Shown: positions 38,757-48,748 of the stretch, piece after piece | How the letters are laid out: every line of letters begins with the position of its first letter | Position numbering within the stretch: position 1 is the first letter of the stretch | Virus record (IMG/VR): IMGVR_UViG_3300029953_000012 | Location: 36,201 to 100,200 of that record | DNA length: 64,000 nt | Strand: one strand, 5' to 3' | DNA from: a virus | Notes under the pieces: generated by a model | The model's input: the letters and a program-made list of their open reading frames with translations, nothing else | Database searches by the model: none | Told to the model about the DNA's origin: nothing | Position numbers and translations under genes: made by a program

Positions 38757-39497
38757 TTATGGACCGACACTATATCCCACCAATGAAAAGGAAAGGTTTC
38801 CGCTGTCATTACCGGAAAATGGAATTACATAAAGGCCGGTACCTATAGAATATCCCAAAAAAGAAAAAACTATTTGGCCAGAATCTTGGTTTAATGGCCA
38901 AAACCTTCCGCTTACCTCGTTATTAAAAGAAATACTTTCAATATCGTAATGATTAATATTTCCACTAAATTGGGTATTAAAATACATCGGGTCGGCATTG
39001 GAAGAAATATCTCCCGAAAATCCAACCAAACAAAAGATAATATCAAAAGATTCTCCAGTTAATTTTCCACTAAATAAATTATATTCTGAAATGCTGTCAT
39101 AATGAACGCCGGTTTGCAATCCAGAAAATGAAGTATAATTAATTATATTATCTTTTAATTGTGGGTAAATTGTTCCATAGAATTTATCTCCAAAAAAGAC
39201 ACTATCACTATTAGCACCAAAATTTCCAGAAAAAGCTGTGGATACAGTCGTATAATGTAACCCCTCAACAACTGCTCCATATGAATCAGCCCAAATATAA
39301 AACCCAAATCTACTATGAGAATTTAATAAGGCGTCAAGAATTATTGTTCCACCATAGGGATAATACCAATTAAAATCCGCTATAGTACCAGAAGCTCCGT
39401 TTCCCGCATTTAAAATAGAAGAGTTTAAGGAGGTTGGAATTATTCCGGTATTAGGCTGTTGGAAAAAGGAAAAAAGGCTAAAAGCGCCGAAGGACAT
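38757..39497 (-). CDS. Repeat-containing hypothetical virion protein
   Basis: 246 aa with 17-18-aa D-x7-FSG repeats and a GGAGG SD. Confidence 0.55.
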   Translation of the reverse strand: MSFGAFSLFSFFQQPNTGIIPTSLNSSILNAGNGASGTIADFNWYYPYGGTIILDALLNSHSRFGFYIWADSYGAVVEGLHYTTVSTAFSGNFGANSDSVFFGDKFYGTIYPQLKDNIINYTSFSGLQTGVHYDSISEYNLFSGKLTGESFDIIFCLVGFSGDISSNADPMYFNTQFSGNINHYDIESISFNNEVSGRFWPLNQDSGQIVFSFLGYSIGTGLYVIPFSGNDSGNLSFSLVGYSVGP

Positions 39498-39509
39498 AGT
39501 TACGCCTCC

Positions 39510-41639
39510 TTATTTCTTACTCGCAAGAAGAAGTGCGGCCATATAATTTTCGACTTGATGAATAGACCCAATACTTAATACTTCTTTAACGCGTTCTGGA
39601 TTTTTATCAACGGGGCTTTCGCAATATTCTTTAACTACGCTAGACCAATTATTACTTTCTTCGTTCGCGACAATCACCGTCAAGATTTCGTTGGCTACAC
39701 TTTCTTGAAGTTCATTTAATTTTTTGACTTTATATTTCTTTTTAAGAAACGAACAAATATCTTTTTCGGCGGCTTGGGCTAAGAGCATGTTTTCAGCAAG
39801 TTTTTTAACACTAAATTGTATTGTTTCACTTGCTTTTGACCCCATTGGAGTTATTTTTTTTGAAGTTTGAGGCCCAGTGGAACCCTGTGGCCTACCTGCT
39901 GATGGCACATTACCTTTTGGACCACTATCGTCATCTCCACCTTGTTGTGGGGGTGGTATAAGTGGAATATAAAGTTGATTTGCTCGATTTTCTTTATAGA
40001 CTTCTTGGGCGGGTACCATTTGGTCTACCTCTGGAAGTCTATTGTCATCGATGGCCGTAATCGCCTGTTCTGGTGTCAAAATCCCCATTGAAGCCAATTG
40101 AGTATAAATTTTCGCATAAGAAACGTCATCTCGGAATTGGTCATCGTCATAATATGGAGTAGGATAACTCTTGAAATTCAACGACTTAGCAATACGTTTA
40201 ACTTCTGGAATTAAGAAATTTTCAAGGAATGCCTTTTTAGCCTGTTCCAACCTCTTAACAAACACTTCTACCTTCTTTTGCTGATTAGCAAATTTTTCTC
40301 CACCCAAGAATATGTTATTTAAGCCAATGTTAATATCCTTATCAATAATTTCATACTTCTTGGGGTCAAGTAATTCCGCAATGTTAGGAATAATGAACTT
40401 GGCCTCGGTCGTATAGTCGGCTACCAAAACTCTTCCAACTGATTGATTAGAAAATATTTTTTTAAGAGCTTCTTGATTTTTTTGATTAATACCACCCTTG
40501 TCTGGGTCAGTACCGCAAGTTACTAACAGAACAATTTGTTGCATTGTCCTAGTAATAGCCATATCAATACGGCGCATTTCTATTTTGGCGTTAATATCCT
40601 CCAGAACTGGAAAACCCATAGGAACGGCGAATGGTTCATAGTCTTGTTTCTTGTAGAAAACTATTTTAACCTTCTTGGTGTCTAATGGAATATAAACACT
40701 ACGCACACCAGCCCTGATTTGGTCTTGAGTGAATTTAGGAAGTGAATTATAAACCTCAATGTCTTCTTCGGTCTGAAGATTTCTTAAGCGCGAGACTTCA
40801 TATTCAGTCAAAACCTTATAGTAAATACCATACGAAAAATTAGCAGTACCCAACATATTTATGTCGGCGGGGTTTAGAATAATATATCGAGCGGGCATTT
40901 TCATCGGCTCAACCTCTAATTTAATGTCTCCTTCCTCAAGTAGCGGGTTATTATCTCCACTTTTATTCTTGGGATAACCAGTTGGATATCCCATGTGATT
41001 GTCGGGGGCTTCCATCGGAGCTTTCATCGGTTGGTTCTGGTCTAGCACTGGGTCTCCTACACTCGTCTTTTTGGTAGATGCTAGACTTTGAACAATTTTT
41101 TTAACGTCTCCGGGTTTGACATCAGCATCAAAACGATAGATAAAAACATTACCACTTCTGTAATATTCGCGATAAAAGCAGTCTTGAAGTTGCCAAATAC
41201 CAATTTTGTTAAAAAGAGCTTCAAAGAACGCTCTTGATTGTTTGTTTCCGCCTGTCCATAAGATATCATCGATACTAAACTCACCCATTAAATCTATTAT
41301 GTTTCGGAATAAGCTGAAATTCCAGTAACATTTTTGGCAAAGAATCACGGCATCGCGAATGTCAACAGCACTATTCCCATATATTGCGCTAGAATTCCTG
41401 TACGGGGTTAAACCATTTTCAATATTAGTAAATCTATTGGTTCTCTCTACAGAACCCGCAATGTCACGACGTACTGTTGTATTATTTGTCACCCCTTCCC
41501 AATCCGACGCGGTAGAAACCATCTCTGGTAGTGCGGATTTACTTTTTACGGGTTTGGCGACTTTTTTCGACTCCAATGAGGAAGGAGGTCCAACCGTCGC
41601 CCCAAGTTGATGAAGTTCCTTTAATTTTTTCTTTGCCAT
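39510..41639 (-). CDS. Portal protein
   Basis: 709 aa downstream of the terminase. Motifs 'YWNFSLFRNIIDLMGEFS', 'REYYRSGNVFIY', 'KQDYEPFAVP..FPVL.DI..K' and 'GRP' in the C-terminal tail. Confidence 0.8.
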   Translation of the reverse strand: MAKKKLKELHQLGATVGPPSSLESKKVAKPVKSKSALPEMVSTASDWEGVTNNTTVRRDIAGSVERTNRFTNIENGLTPYRNSSAIYGNSAVDIRDAVILCQKCYWNFSLFRNIIDLMGEFSIDDILWTGGNKQSRAFFEALFNKIGIWQLQDCFYREYYRSGNVFIYRFDADVKPGDVKKIVQSLASTKKTSVGDPVLDQNQPMKAPMEAPDNHMGYPTGYPKNKSGDNNPLLEEGDIKLEVEPMKMPARYIILNPADINMLGTANFSYGIYYKVLTEYEVSRLRNLQTEEDIEVYNSLPKFTQDQIRAGVRSVYIPLDTKKVKIVFYKKQDYEPFAVPMGFPVLEDINAKIEMRRIDMAITRTMQQIVLLVTCGTDPDKGGINQKNQEALKKIFSNQSVGRVLVADYTTEAKFIIPNIAELLDPKKYEIIDKDINIGLNNIFLGGEKFANQQKKVEVFVKRLEQAKKAFLENFLIPEVKRIAKSLNFKSYPTPYYDDDQFRDDVSYAKIYTQLASMGILTPEQAITAIDDNRLPEVDQMVPAQEVYKENRANQLYIPLIPPPQQGGDDDSGPKGNVPSAGRPQGSTGPQTSKKITPMGSKASETIQFSVKKLAENMLLAQAAEKDICSFLKKKYKVKKLNELQESVANEILTVIVANEESNNWSSVVKEYCESPVDKNPERVKEVLSIGSIHQVENYMAALLLASKK

Positions 41640-41655
41640 ATTCTTATAATAGCGA

Positions 41656-41664
41656 TAATTACAC
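41656..41664 (-). promoter_or_regulatory. Late-promoter motif GTGTAATTA
   Basis: Exact copy, 16 nt upstream of the portal ATG. Confidence 0.7.
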
Positions 41665-41683
41665 TAAATAAATGATATTAATT

Positions 41684-43936
41684 TTATTGATATGGATTAG
41701 CATATGTACCGTAAAATGCCGAATATCCAGTCTCATCAGGGAATCTTATTATCGAATAGACATTGGCTGTTCCAGAATTTGGAAAGGAATACGCGTTAGA
41801 TGGCCATTTTATTTGTTTTAAAACTCCCGTTACCGTAACAGAACTTAAATTAAAAAGCTGTGATGAAGTTCCATTATTCTGTGGTACGTTTATATTTCGC
41901 ACCTTTATTATTAATGATTGTCCAGTGGCGAAATTGTCGCCCGAAATAGTTATGGAAACTGGGTTAACTCCAGCCGCTGCACCAGATGACCCACTTGATA
42001 TCTGTAGTGAGTACATGTCGTAATTCGCGGGGTCCAATAAAACTCCACTACTAGCAGAACCAATACCGTTCCCATATACCAAACTAAAGAAATTTTCAGG
42101 TCTCAAAGTCGTTGGCACACCCGCCGCTCCTTGAGGGCCAGTAGCTCCACCCGACGCTAAAATTTGCCATGGTACACTCGGAGGCGCGATACCACTTATA
42201 TTAGATACGCCGGTATTAATATAACTTGAACCTGACTGTACAACTATTGAATTAGGAATATACACATTCGGTAGTCCAGAATAAGTTCCCGAAAAATGAT
42301 TGGATATCGAACCCGCTGCTCCAGTTGCCCCCGTTGGCCCTACAGGACCAGTTGCGCCGATGGTACCGGATTGACAAAGCATCTGCCAAGGAACATTAGG
42401 GGGGTAAATTCCGCTAATAGTAGTTCCTGTATTGATAAAGGATGACCCCGAAGAGAATACTATATTATCATTGTAGTATGTGGTACCAGAAGCAAAGTTT
42501 CCTTGAAAATTATTACTTAATGTGCCAACTGCGCCAGAAGCTCCTGATGGTCCTCCCGCTGGTAATGGAATCCAAGGCTGAGTTATTCCATTCGCTAATT
42601 GGAACTGAATATAAATATTATTACCGACGCCAGAATATGTATATCCAACGACATCCGCACCATTTTCTCCTGTTGCTCCAACTGGTCCTATATTACCAGT
42701 TGGACCTATATTTCCACTTGGTCCAATTGGTCCTTGAATTCCCGCAGGACCAGCTTGCGAAGAGAAAATAGCATTACCAACCACAACAGCAAACCCAGTA
42801 GATGTTGATGAACTCAAAATCATTGAATCTGTCGTCGTATCTTGACCTAATGTATAAAGTACAAACCCATATTGATACTGACTCTGTGCCGCGAAGCTAG
42901 TGGTAAAAGAAATCTGTGTCCTATAAGGATTATTGACTAAGTTATAGTAAACCACGCTATTAGTCGTTTCTACAAATAAACTTGGGGTAGTATTAGAGTT
43001 ATAAAATCCAGTTGCGGTACCGCTCGGAAAAAAGACTGGCCTCCAGTAACCTGTGTTATAAGCGTCTTCGTAATAGTTAATTTTATTTCCGGCTTGGAAC
43101 GGAAGGGACTGTCCAGAGAAAAACCCAGACATAATAGTAATATCTCCAGATGTCAATGTGTGAGTATTTAATCCACTAGAATTTAAGGTATAACTCATCC
43201 CGCGCATCAGAGTAATATCTGGGAAACTATTACCACTAAAATAAGGATTGATAATTACTTGACTTGGAAAACCAGAGTCGGGAGGATTAGCGCCAGAAGT
43301 ATAAGATGTACCCGATTGTTGGAAATTAAGAGTAACACCTCCGGGCATACCCTGTGGTCCAGCTATTAAAGAAATCGGCGCACCCAACCCCTGATAGTTA
43401 CTAAATTGAGGAAGAATATAATTACCACTTTGGAAAAACCCAGTAACTGAAGTACCAGTAGCTCCACTTAGTCCTTGAAAATTAAAACCAGTTGATGTAT
43501 TATTAGATAGGTAAAAAGAAAGTATATGACTGGTAGTGTTATAAGTAATTCCAGTAACACTTATGCCTGTCGCACCTGTCGGCCCCTGCACCCCAGACAA
43601 ACCCTGTAATCCACTTGGCCCCTGAATAAAAACATAGTCACCATTAAAAGAAAAAACATATCCACCAACGTCTATATATGCCCCGCTTCCAGAAGTATAA
43701 GCATTAAAACTCGTATTGCCAAAATTTATTCCAGAACCAGAAGCCAAACTTAGTTCATTAGCGAATATTTGAGCATAAGGATATAACGATGACCCAATAT
43801 TGTAAACCCCTGAACCAGAAGGAATTAGATTACCAGAGATATTTTGAAATGGAAATAGTGCAAGAATCCCAGACACGAAACCAGATAATTCTGATTGGTT
43901 TAATTGCTTTAGCCTAATTGACGAGTCATATGCCAT
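41684..43936 (-). CDS. Collagen-like fibre protein
   Basis: Several Gly-X-Y runs, two tandem CBM5/12-like modules, N-terminus MAYDSSIRLKQLNQSELSGF. Upstream motif GTGTAATAC at 43948-43956. Confidence 0.8.
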   Translation of the reverse strand: MAYDSSIRLKQLNQSELSGFVSGILALFPFQNISGNLIPSGSGVYNIGSSLYPYAQIFANELSLASGSGINFGNTSFNAYTSGSGAYIDVGGYVFSFNGDYVFIQGPSGLQGLSGVQGPTGATGISVTGITYNTTSHILSFYLSNNTSTGFNFQGLSGATGTSVTGFFQSGNYILPQFSNYQGLGAPISLIAGPQGMPGGVTLNFQQSGTSYTSGANPPDSGFPSQVIINPYFSGNSFPDITLMRGMSYTLNSSGLNTHTLTSGDITIMSGFFSGQSLPFQAGNKINYYEDAYNTGYWRPVFFPSGTATGFYNSNTTPSLFVETTNSVVYYNLVNNPYRTQISFTTSFAAQSQYQYGFVLYTLGQDTTTDSMILSSSTSTGFAVVVGNAIFSSQAGPAGIQGPIGPSGNIGPTGNIGPVGATGENGADVVGYTYSGVGNNIYIQFQLANGITQPWIPLPAGGPSGASGAVGTLSNNFQGNFASGTTYYNDNIVFSSGSSFINTGTTISGIYPPNVPWQMLCQSGTIGATGPVGPTGATGAAGSISNHFSGTYSGLPNVYIPNSIVVQSGSSYINTGVSNISGIAPPSVPWQILASGGATGPQGAAGVPTTLRPENFFSLVYGNGIGSASSGVLLDPANYDMYSLQISSGSSGAAAGVNPVSITISGDNFATGQSLIIKVRNINVPQNNGTSSQLFNLSSVTVTGVLKQIKWPSNAYSFPNSGTANVYSIIRFPDETGYSAFYGTYANPYQ

Positions 43937-43955
43937 AATCCCTTAAGGTATTACA

Positions 43956-45839
43956 CTATAATAAAGTTGGTTCGAATGTGTTATTTTCTTCTGGCATATT
44001 TTGTAGGTCATAAAATTGTTTGAGTGCCCAACAACCCAACATTAATGTTGTGTATGAGTCCTTTCTCATTCTACTTGATGTGTTATTTCTCTTCATAACT
44101 TGTGGAAGGTCAAAACTTTGTGTTCCTTTGGCGGTAGTCTTTACTTCAATAGAAGCACATTGATATTTCTGCTGCTTAAGAAGAAACTCTTGGTCATCAA
44201 TCATTTGTATAAGACCACCACTCTTTCTTTCTGAGTCGGTGGCCTTCTTTTCAATTTCTTCAACACCAGTAAGAGACAAATCTATCTCAGAAGCAATTGC
44301 CTTATCGAACGCCGAGACATCTGATTTTATACCAGCGCCAAACCAAATCTTCTTATAGTCAATACATCCTTGTAAATATTCATTGCCCTTTCGAATGAAA
44401 TCAGTAGTAAAATATTGTGTAAAAACAATCTTATGAATTGTGCGGTTGTAATCTCTACGGGCATTTTTTAGTTCTTTCTCAAGTTCTACTCCATCTTTTT
44501 CTGGATAAAATTCGAAAATCTTAAGTTCGATTCCTGCCTTCTTAAATAATTCGTGTTCATTACATGATTCAATAAATTGATATCCGGCATAATCGATACA
44601 AATCATATGAATATCAAAAGAAGTATACAAATAAAAGAAATACTTGATATGGTCTTTCAAGTCTCTTCCGAATTTGGCATAATTATGGACCACGGTACCG
44701 CCCACCTTGCCTTCCTTGAATTTATCATTGTCCGCTTCTATGATTGTCATAGAGAAATTATCAGAAGTAGCAGAATTAGACCAGTTGGGGTCAATGGAAG
44801 CAATATACTTCTTTCCTTTTTCTCCTCTCAAAAGAAGCGTTGGAGTTTCTCCGTCTGGAATGGTGCATTCCATCATCTTTTTCATTGAATAGTAACTATC
44901 ACTTCCATCGATGAATTGCGCCCCATATTCGCGTTTGAAATTAGCCGAACTTGAATTTTCACTTTGAGCTAATTCGATAATAGACTTTTCCATTCTATCA
45001 GCAGGAACAGAATCCCAAGCCATTTGACTCACAAAATATTTAGCACCCTCTTCTGGCATATCAGGGCTATAAATCTCTTTTACAAACTCACTATACTTTT
45101 CATAAAGATATTCACAAGTATAACTGGCAGACGAAAGAGCTATAAACTTCGCGTTGTTTTTAAAATTCATTCTTTCTTCTTCCTTCAAAACACCCCTTCT
45201 TATTAATTCTGTTTCCTTGGCTCGAATAATTTGGCGTTCTTTAATATCTTGAGGAGCCACCAAGTACGGAATCAAAACCTTTTCGACCATGTCTTTATTC
45301 ATCAACAAGAATTCGTCAATGATAAGAATGTTGGCACGGAAACCACGAATCTTTTCGCCGTTAAGAGGAATGGCTGTAATTTCTCCACCGTTAACCAGCC
45401 AACTAAATTGGTCATTTCTTTTGCTTTTAACTCCCATGGCCTGAAATAATAATTGAGCATCAGGATTATCACATATCTTTTCTATATAATTAAAAATAAG
45501 ACGTGCTGTACGGAATGTCGGACCAGCTATAAGAATCATTGAACCGGGAAAGAAAATACACTGAAGCAGACAATACACGGCGGCAATATAGCTCTTACCA
45601 CAACCACGACCCCAAACACAAAGGGAGTAATTTGCGTCCATTAGACCTTTGATATTTATTATTTGGTCTGGATAAAGCTTGATACCAGCAATCATATCCG
45701 CCGTAAATCCAAGGTTATAAAAAAGGAATTTAGCCAAAGTAATTCTGGCAGTATTCTCATCCATTTCTCCATGGATGTTTAATATTTCTTTATTTATATC
45801 TGCTTTCTTTTTTCTGTATTTTTCGGGATAAAAAATCAT
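43956..45839 (-). CDS. terL: Terminase large subunit
   Basis: Walker A 'GRGCGKS', 'IRGFRANILIIDEF' Walker B, coupling motif 'LSSA', and RNase H-like nuclease acids 'SIDP...SD' and 'RKDSY'. Confidence 0.92.
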   Translation of the reverse strand: MIFYPEKYRKKKADINKEILNIHGEMDENTARITLAKFLFYNLGFTADMIAGIKLYPDQIINIKGLMDANYSLCVWGRGCGKSYIAAVYCLLQCIFFPGSMILIAGPTFRTARLIFNYIEKICDNPDAQLLFQAMGVKSKRNDQFSWLVNGGEITAIPLNGEKIRGFRANILIIDEFLLMNKDMVEKVLIPYLVAPQDIKERQIIRAKETELIRRGVLKEEERMNFKNNAKFIALSSASYTCEYLYEKYSEFVKEIYSPDMPEEGAKYFVSQMAWDSVPADRMEKSIIELAQSENSSSANFKREYGAQFIDGSDSYYSMKKMMECTIPDGETPTLLLRGEKGKKYIASIDPNWSNSATSDNFSMTIIEADNDKFKEGKVGGTVVHNYAKFGRDLKDHIKYFFYLYTSFDIHMICIDYAGYQFIESCNEHELFKKAGIELKIFEFYPEKDGVELEKELKNARRDYNRTIHKIVFTQYFTTDFIRKGNEYLQGCIDYKKIWFGAGIKSDVSAFDKAIASEIDLSLTGVEEIEKKATDSERKSGGLIQMIDDQEFLLKQQKYQCASIEVKTTAKGTQSFDLPQVMKRNNTSSRMRKDSYTTLMLGCWALKQFYDLQNMPEENNTFEPTLL

Positions 45840-46753
45840 AGTTGATTTATGTCATATAATAATTGTAGGTCTACTTTTCTAACTTGTTCGTCAACTGAGA
45901 AAAGTTTTTGAATAACTTCGCTGGCCTTTTTCCTATTGTCTACGAATAAAAATTGTAAGTCATCATATTTTTGCATTAGTTCTCTAATATTATGGTAGAC
46001 TAATTCTACTGGTATTTTAATTTTGCCGTATACTTGTCTTTGTTTTGGATATTCTTCCAATGTATTAAATGCGCTTTCTACCAAAACAATCAAATAAGCA
46101 CCAGCCTCTTTTGCGCGAACTATTTCTCTTTCAAAACGCTCATATCCTCCAGTTAATGTACCCCACGCATCCCCCAAACTCTTTCTCTCGATATAAATAT
46201 TAGAATTAGTCATGCGGTAGTCTCCAAAAGATAGAGTATCTTTTCTCGTTTGATTATCAAATTTCAAAGGCGTCTGTTCTCTGGAATCAGTGAAGATTAC
46301 CTTCTTAGATACATCTTTAAATTTAGAACTATCAAACCCGCCCTGAGAAAATCTATTAATCAAACCTAATTCATTGCACAATTTTTTATATCCTCCTAAT
46401 TTTTCATTGATGTATCTTATTCCGGGCATCATCAATGTTCGCAACTCAATTTGAGATGGAGCATAAATAAGTGATTTTTTTTGTTTTCTTTTAATTAAGA
46501 ATTCACGAACATAAAGTTTTTTAACTTCCAAATCAACCGAACCGAACCACCGTTTGAAATTATCTTTTGAATTAAAATCAGTATTAAAATAGTGCTCCTT
46601 GTTTTTGTAAAGAATAATGGATTTATCATAAGCATCAAAACGCGGAAAGTATTTTTGATAATACTCGCATTGGGTAATTTTATGAGACCTAAGATGCTTA
46701 TGAAAAAGCGTATCAGAGTCAAAAGTTTGAACACATAATTTGCAGGAAATCAT
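45836..46753 (-). CDS. C2H2 zinc finger plus ERCC4 (XPF/Mus81-type) nuclease
   Basis: Start revised to MISCKLC at 46753. CxxC-x12-HxxxH finger. 'DSREQ...GDY...IERKS..D' is the ERCC4 signature. Confidence 0.85.
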   Translation of the reverse strand: MISCKLCVQTFDSDTLFHKHLRSHKITQCEYYQKYFPRFDAYDKSIILYKNKEHYFNTDFNSKDNFKRWFGSVDLEVKKLYVREFLIKRKQKKSLIYAPSQIELRTLMMPGIRYINEKLGGYKKLCNELGLINRFSQGGFDSSKFKDVSKKVIFTDSREQTPLKFDNQTRKDTLSFGDYRMTNSNIYIERKSLGDAWGTLTGGYERFEREIVRAKEAGAYLIVLVESAFNTLEEYPKQRQVYGKIKIPVELVYHNIRELMQKYDDLQFLFVDNRKKASEVIQKLFSVDEQVRKVDLQLLYDINQL

Positions 46754-46754
46754 T

Positions 46755-46949
46755 TTATGTTTTTCTTCCATTTGCAGTACACCATAATTGATATAGAGGA
46801 TGTAGCGGCGTTGGTCGGCCAAGACCTTCAAAATATTCCGGCTTACTATTTGGAAAATCCCTGACGGCATGAGCCATGAATGAAGCGCAAGTGCTATAAT
46901 TACCACTACATCGGCAGTTACCACATTCGTATTTATGTTTCTGTTTCAT
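46755..46949 (-). CDS. Small Cys-rich protein
   Basis: 64 aa. Its start overlaps the upstream stop (TAATG) and its stop is 1 nt before the ERCC4 ATG, so it is coupled on both sides. Confidence 0.55.
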   Translation of the reverse strand: MKQKHKYECGNCRCSGNYSTCASFMAHAVRDFPNSKPEYFEGLGRPTPLHPLYQLWCTANGRKT

Positions 46950-48055
46950 TAGTCCTTTATATAATCATCTTTATTCAAACCTAGAATCAGAGCACGTACT
47001 TCTGCCATATTCATTAATTTTTCAGCTTCATTACGGTTATTCTCCTGTTCTAATTCACCGAGTTTTAAAAGTTTAATACGATTTTCTTCAAATCTCCAAG
47101 CTTGAACTAAATTCAAGATAGAAGCATTCTCCTGAATCTGTTTTGATAATCTCTTACTCCTCTTTTCCTTCAAATCATCCAATAAATCATTAATTCTTTT
47201 TAAACATTGGTCCTGCTCAGTTCCGGCTTTACCTATGGCCTCTACCAATGACATAGAAAGTTTTTGGTCCCCACCAGAGTTTTGGATTGTTTCCTGCTGG
47301 CGTTGCATTCCCTCACTTCGTCTTTGTATGCTAATAGCGCGAACTCCTTGATTAGCCAATTCGATATATTGGTCAATTTCTTCTTGGGTTAAATCAGGTT
47401 TGTCATAAGTATATCTAATAAAAGCATCTTCACACGAATTGCGGTCTTCCTCACTTTCATAAGTATTCATTTGGCGAATAAAACGAAAAGTATGAAGATA
47501 ATTAATTAACATTTCAAGACCCTTCTTTTGTTTGCTTGTTAATTTATCTTTGTCAAGAGAACCGTTAACGTATTTATTGGTGCGTCTTAATACTTTATCA
47601 AGAGTGTTTGGCGGGATATATTCTCCAGATGGAATGTCGTCATTTCCAGCCGAATTAAAAATTACCTTAGTATCTAAAGTTTTTATAAATTCATTTACAG
47701 CACGTACTTCGGCATTAAGATTAGAAAGAAGATTATTATTAAAAATAATTTTAGCAATTTCCAATGCGTTCATTGTCGCCACATTGTTAGTAATAAATGC
47801 CTGATGTTCGTCGCTCAATTTAATAACAGAAGTCTTACTGGGAATTTCATGTACGCCTTTGGCTTTCAGATTAAATTTCGCGAGAGTGGTTTTTATGGCT
47901 CGTCCGAACCCACTTCTGCCATCGTAGTTCATTCCCGGAAAAAGGTGTTCGGTGATTTCTTTTAATCCCGGTGGATTTGACGGAGTACGATTCCAGAAAT
48001 CTAATATTTGTTTATCTTGTTCGACTGTTAAGACTATATTTTCTTTTGGGTCCAT
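46949..48055 (-). CDS. Hypothetical helical protein, candidate terminase small subunit
   Basis: 368 aa with an HTH-like N-terminus and coiled-coil C-terminus, upstream of terL. The function is a positional guess. Confidence 0.35.
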   Translation of the reverse strand: MDPKENIVLTVEQDKQILDFWNRTPSNPPGLKEITEHLFPGMNYDGRSGFGRAIKTTLAKFNLKAKGVHEIPSKTSVIKLSDEHQAFITNNVATMNALEIAKIIFNNNLLSNLNAEVRAVNEFIKTLDTKVIFNSAGNDDIPSGEYIPPNTLDKVLRRTNKYVNGSLDKDKLTSKQKKGLEMLINYLHTFRFIRQMNTYESEEDRNSCEDAFIRYTYDKPDLTQEEIDQYIELANQGVRAISIQRRSEGMQRQQETIQNSGGDQKLSMSLVEAIGKAGTEQDQCLKRINDLLDDLKEKRSKRLSKQIQENASILNLVQAWRFEENRIKLLKLGELEQENNRNEAEKLMNMAEVRALILGLNKDDYIKD

Positions 48056-48056
48056 A

Positions 48057-48743
48057 TTACTCTAGTCCATGTTCTTGAATATATTGACGAGCCTTTTCTT
48101 GAATAGATTTTGTTAATTCTTTAATATGTCTATATCCCGGAGAACGCCCTTTTTCGTTACTTACAAAATTTAAACTTTTAGCTACCTCTTCTTCTTCTTT
48201 ATTGTCTATATAAAGACCCTTATATACCTTATATTCTATTGGTTTTAGAATCTTTTTCATTATAATATGAAGTTTTTCCTCATTACTAATTGAATAATGA
48301 GAGGAATCTTTTATTTCGTGGACTTCATTGGAATGATTTTCTATTGAAAGGGGGAGCTTTACGAAGGTCGCCGGTTGTTTATTTTTTTTCCAATGAGCGT
48401 ATAGAGGACAGGCTTCGCATTGTTCCTTGTAAATTTTACACCCATCCTCCCCAATGGACGCATCACACCTCAAACAGGGTCTGGCATAATTAGTATAGTT
48501 GTTCCTTACTAGATTTTTAATTTGATTTGTAATTATACGATTAACCCAAGGCTTTAGTGGTTTTGAATCATCGTACTGGTCCCATTTATTCCAAAGATGT
48601 ATTAGAACAATCTGGCTAACATCTTGGAAGTCCATACTGGCTAATGAAGTAAGCGTCCATCGGTGTTTGTGCTTTATTATTTCATCCTGAATTTCGGGAA
48701 TTAATTTCTCGAAATTATTAATATCGATTGGAGTCTTTTTCAA
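48057..48743 (-). CDS. Phage-encoded sigma70-family (ECF-like) sigma factor with a Cys-rich insertion
   Basis: Region 2 'DFQDVSQIVLIHLWNKWDQYD..KPLKPWVNRIITNQIKNLVR'. Insert CLRC-x7-C-x6-CEAC. Region 4-like 'LKPIEYKVY...EEVAKSL'. Confidence 0.8.
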   Translation of the reverse strand: MKKTPIDINNFEKLIPEIQDEIIKHKHRWTLTSLASMDFQDVSQIVLIHLWNKWDQYDDSKPLKPWVNRIITNQIKNLVRNNYTNYARPCLRCDASIGEDGCKIYKEQCEACPLYAHWKKNKQPATFVKLPLSIENHSNEVHEIKDSSHYSISNEEKLHIIMKKILKPIEYKVYKGLYIDNKEEEEVAKSLNFVSNEKGRSPGYRHIKELTKSIQEKARQYIQEHGLE

Positions 48744-48748
48744 GAGGT

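Noticed and set aside
43956-45839. Intein in the terminase
   Set aside because: Length is normal and there are no C1/HN splice motifs or embedded LAGLIDADG.
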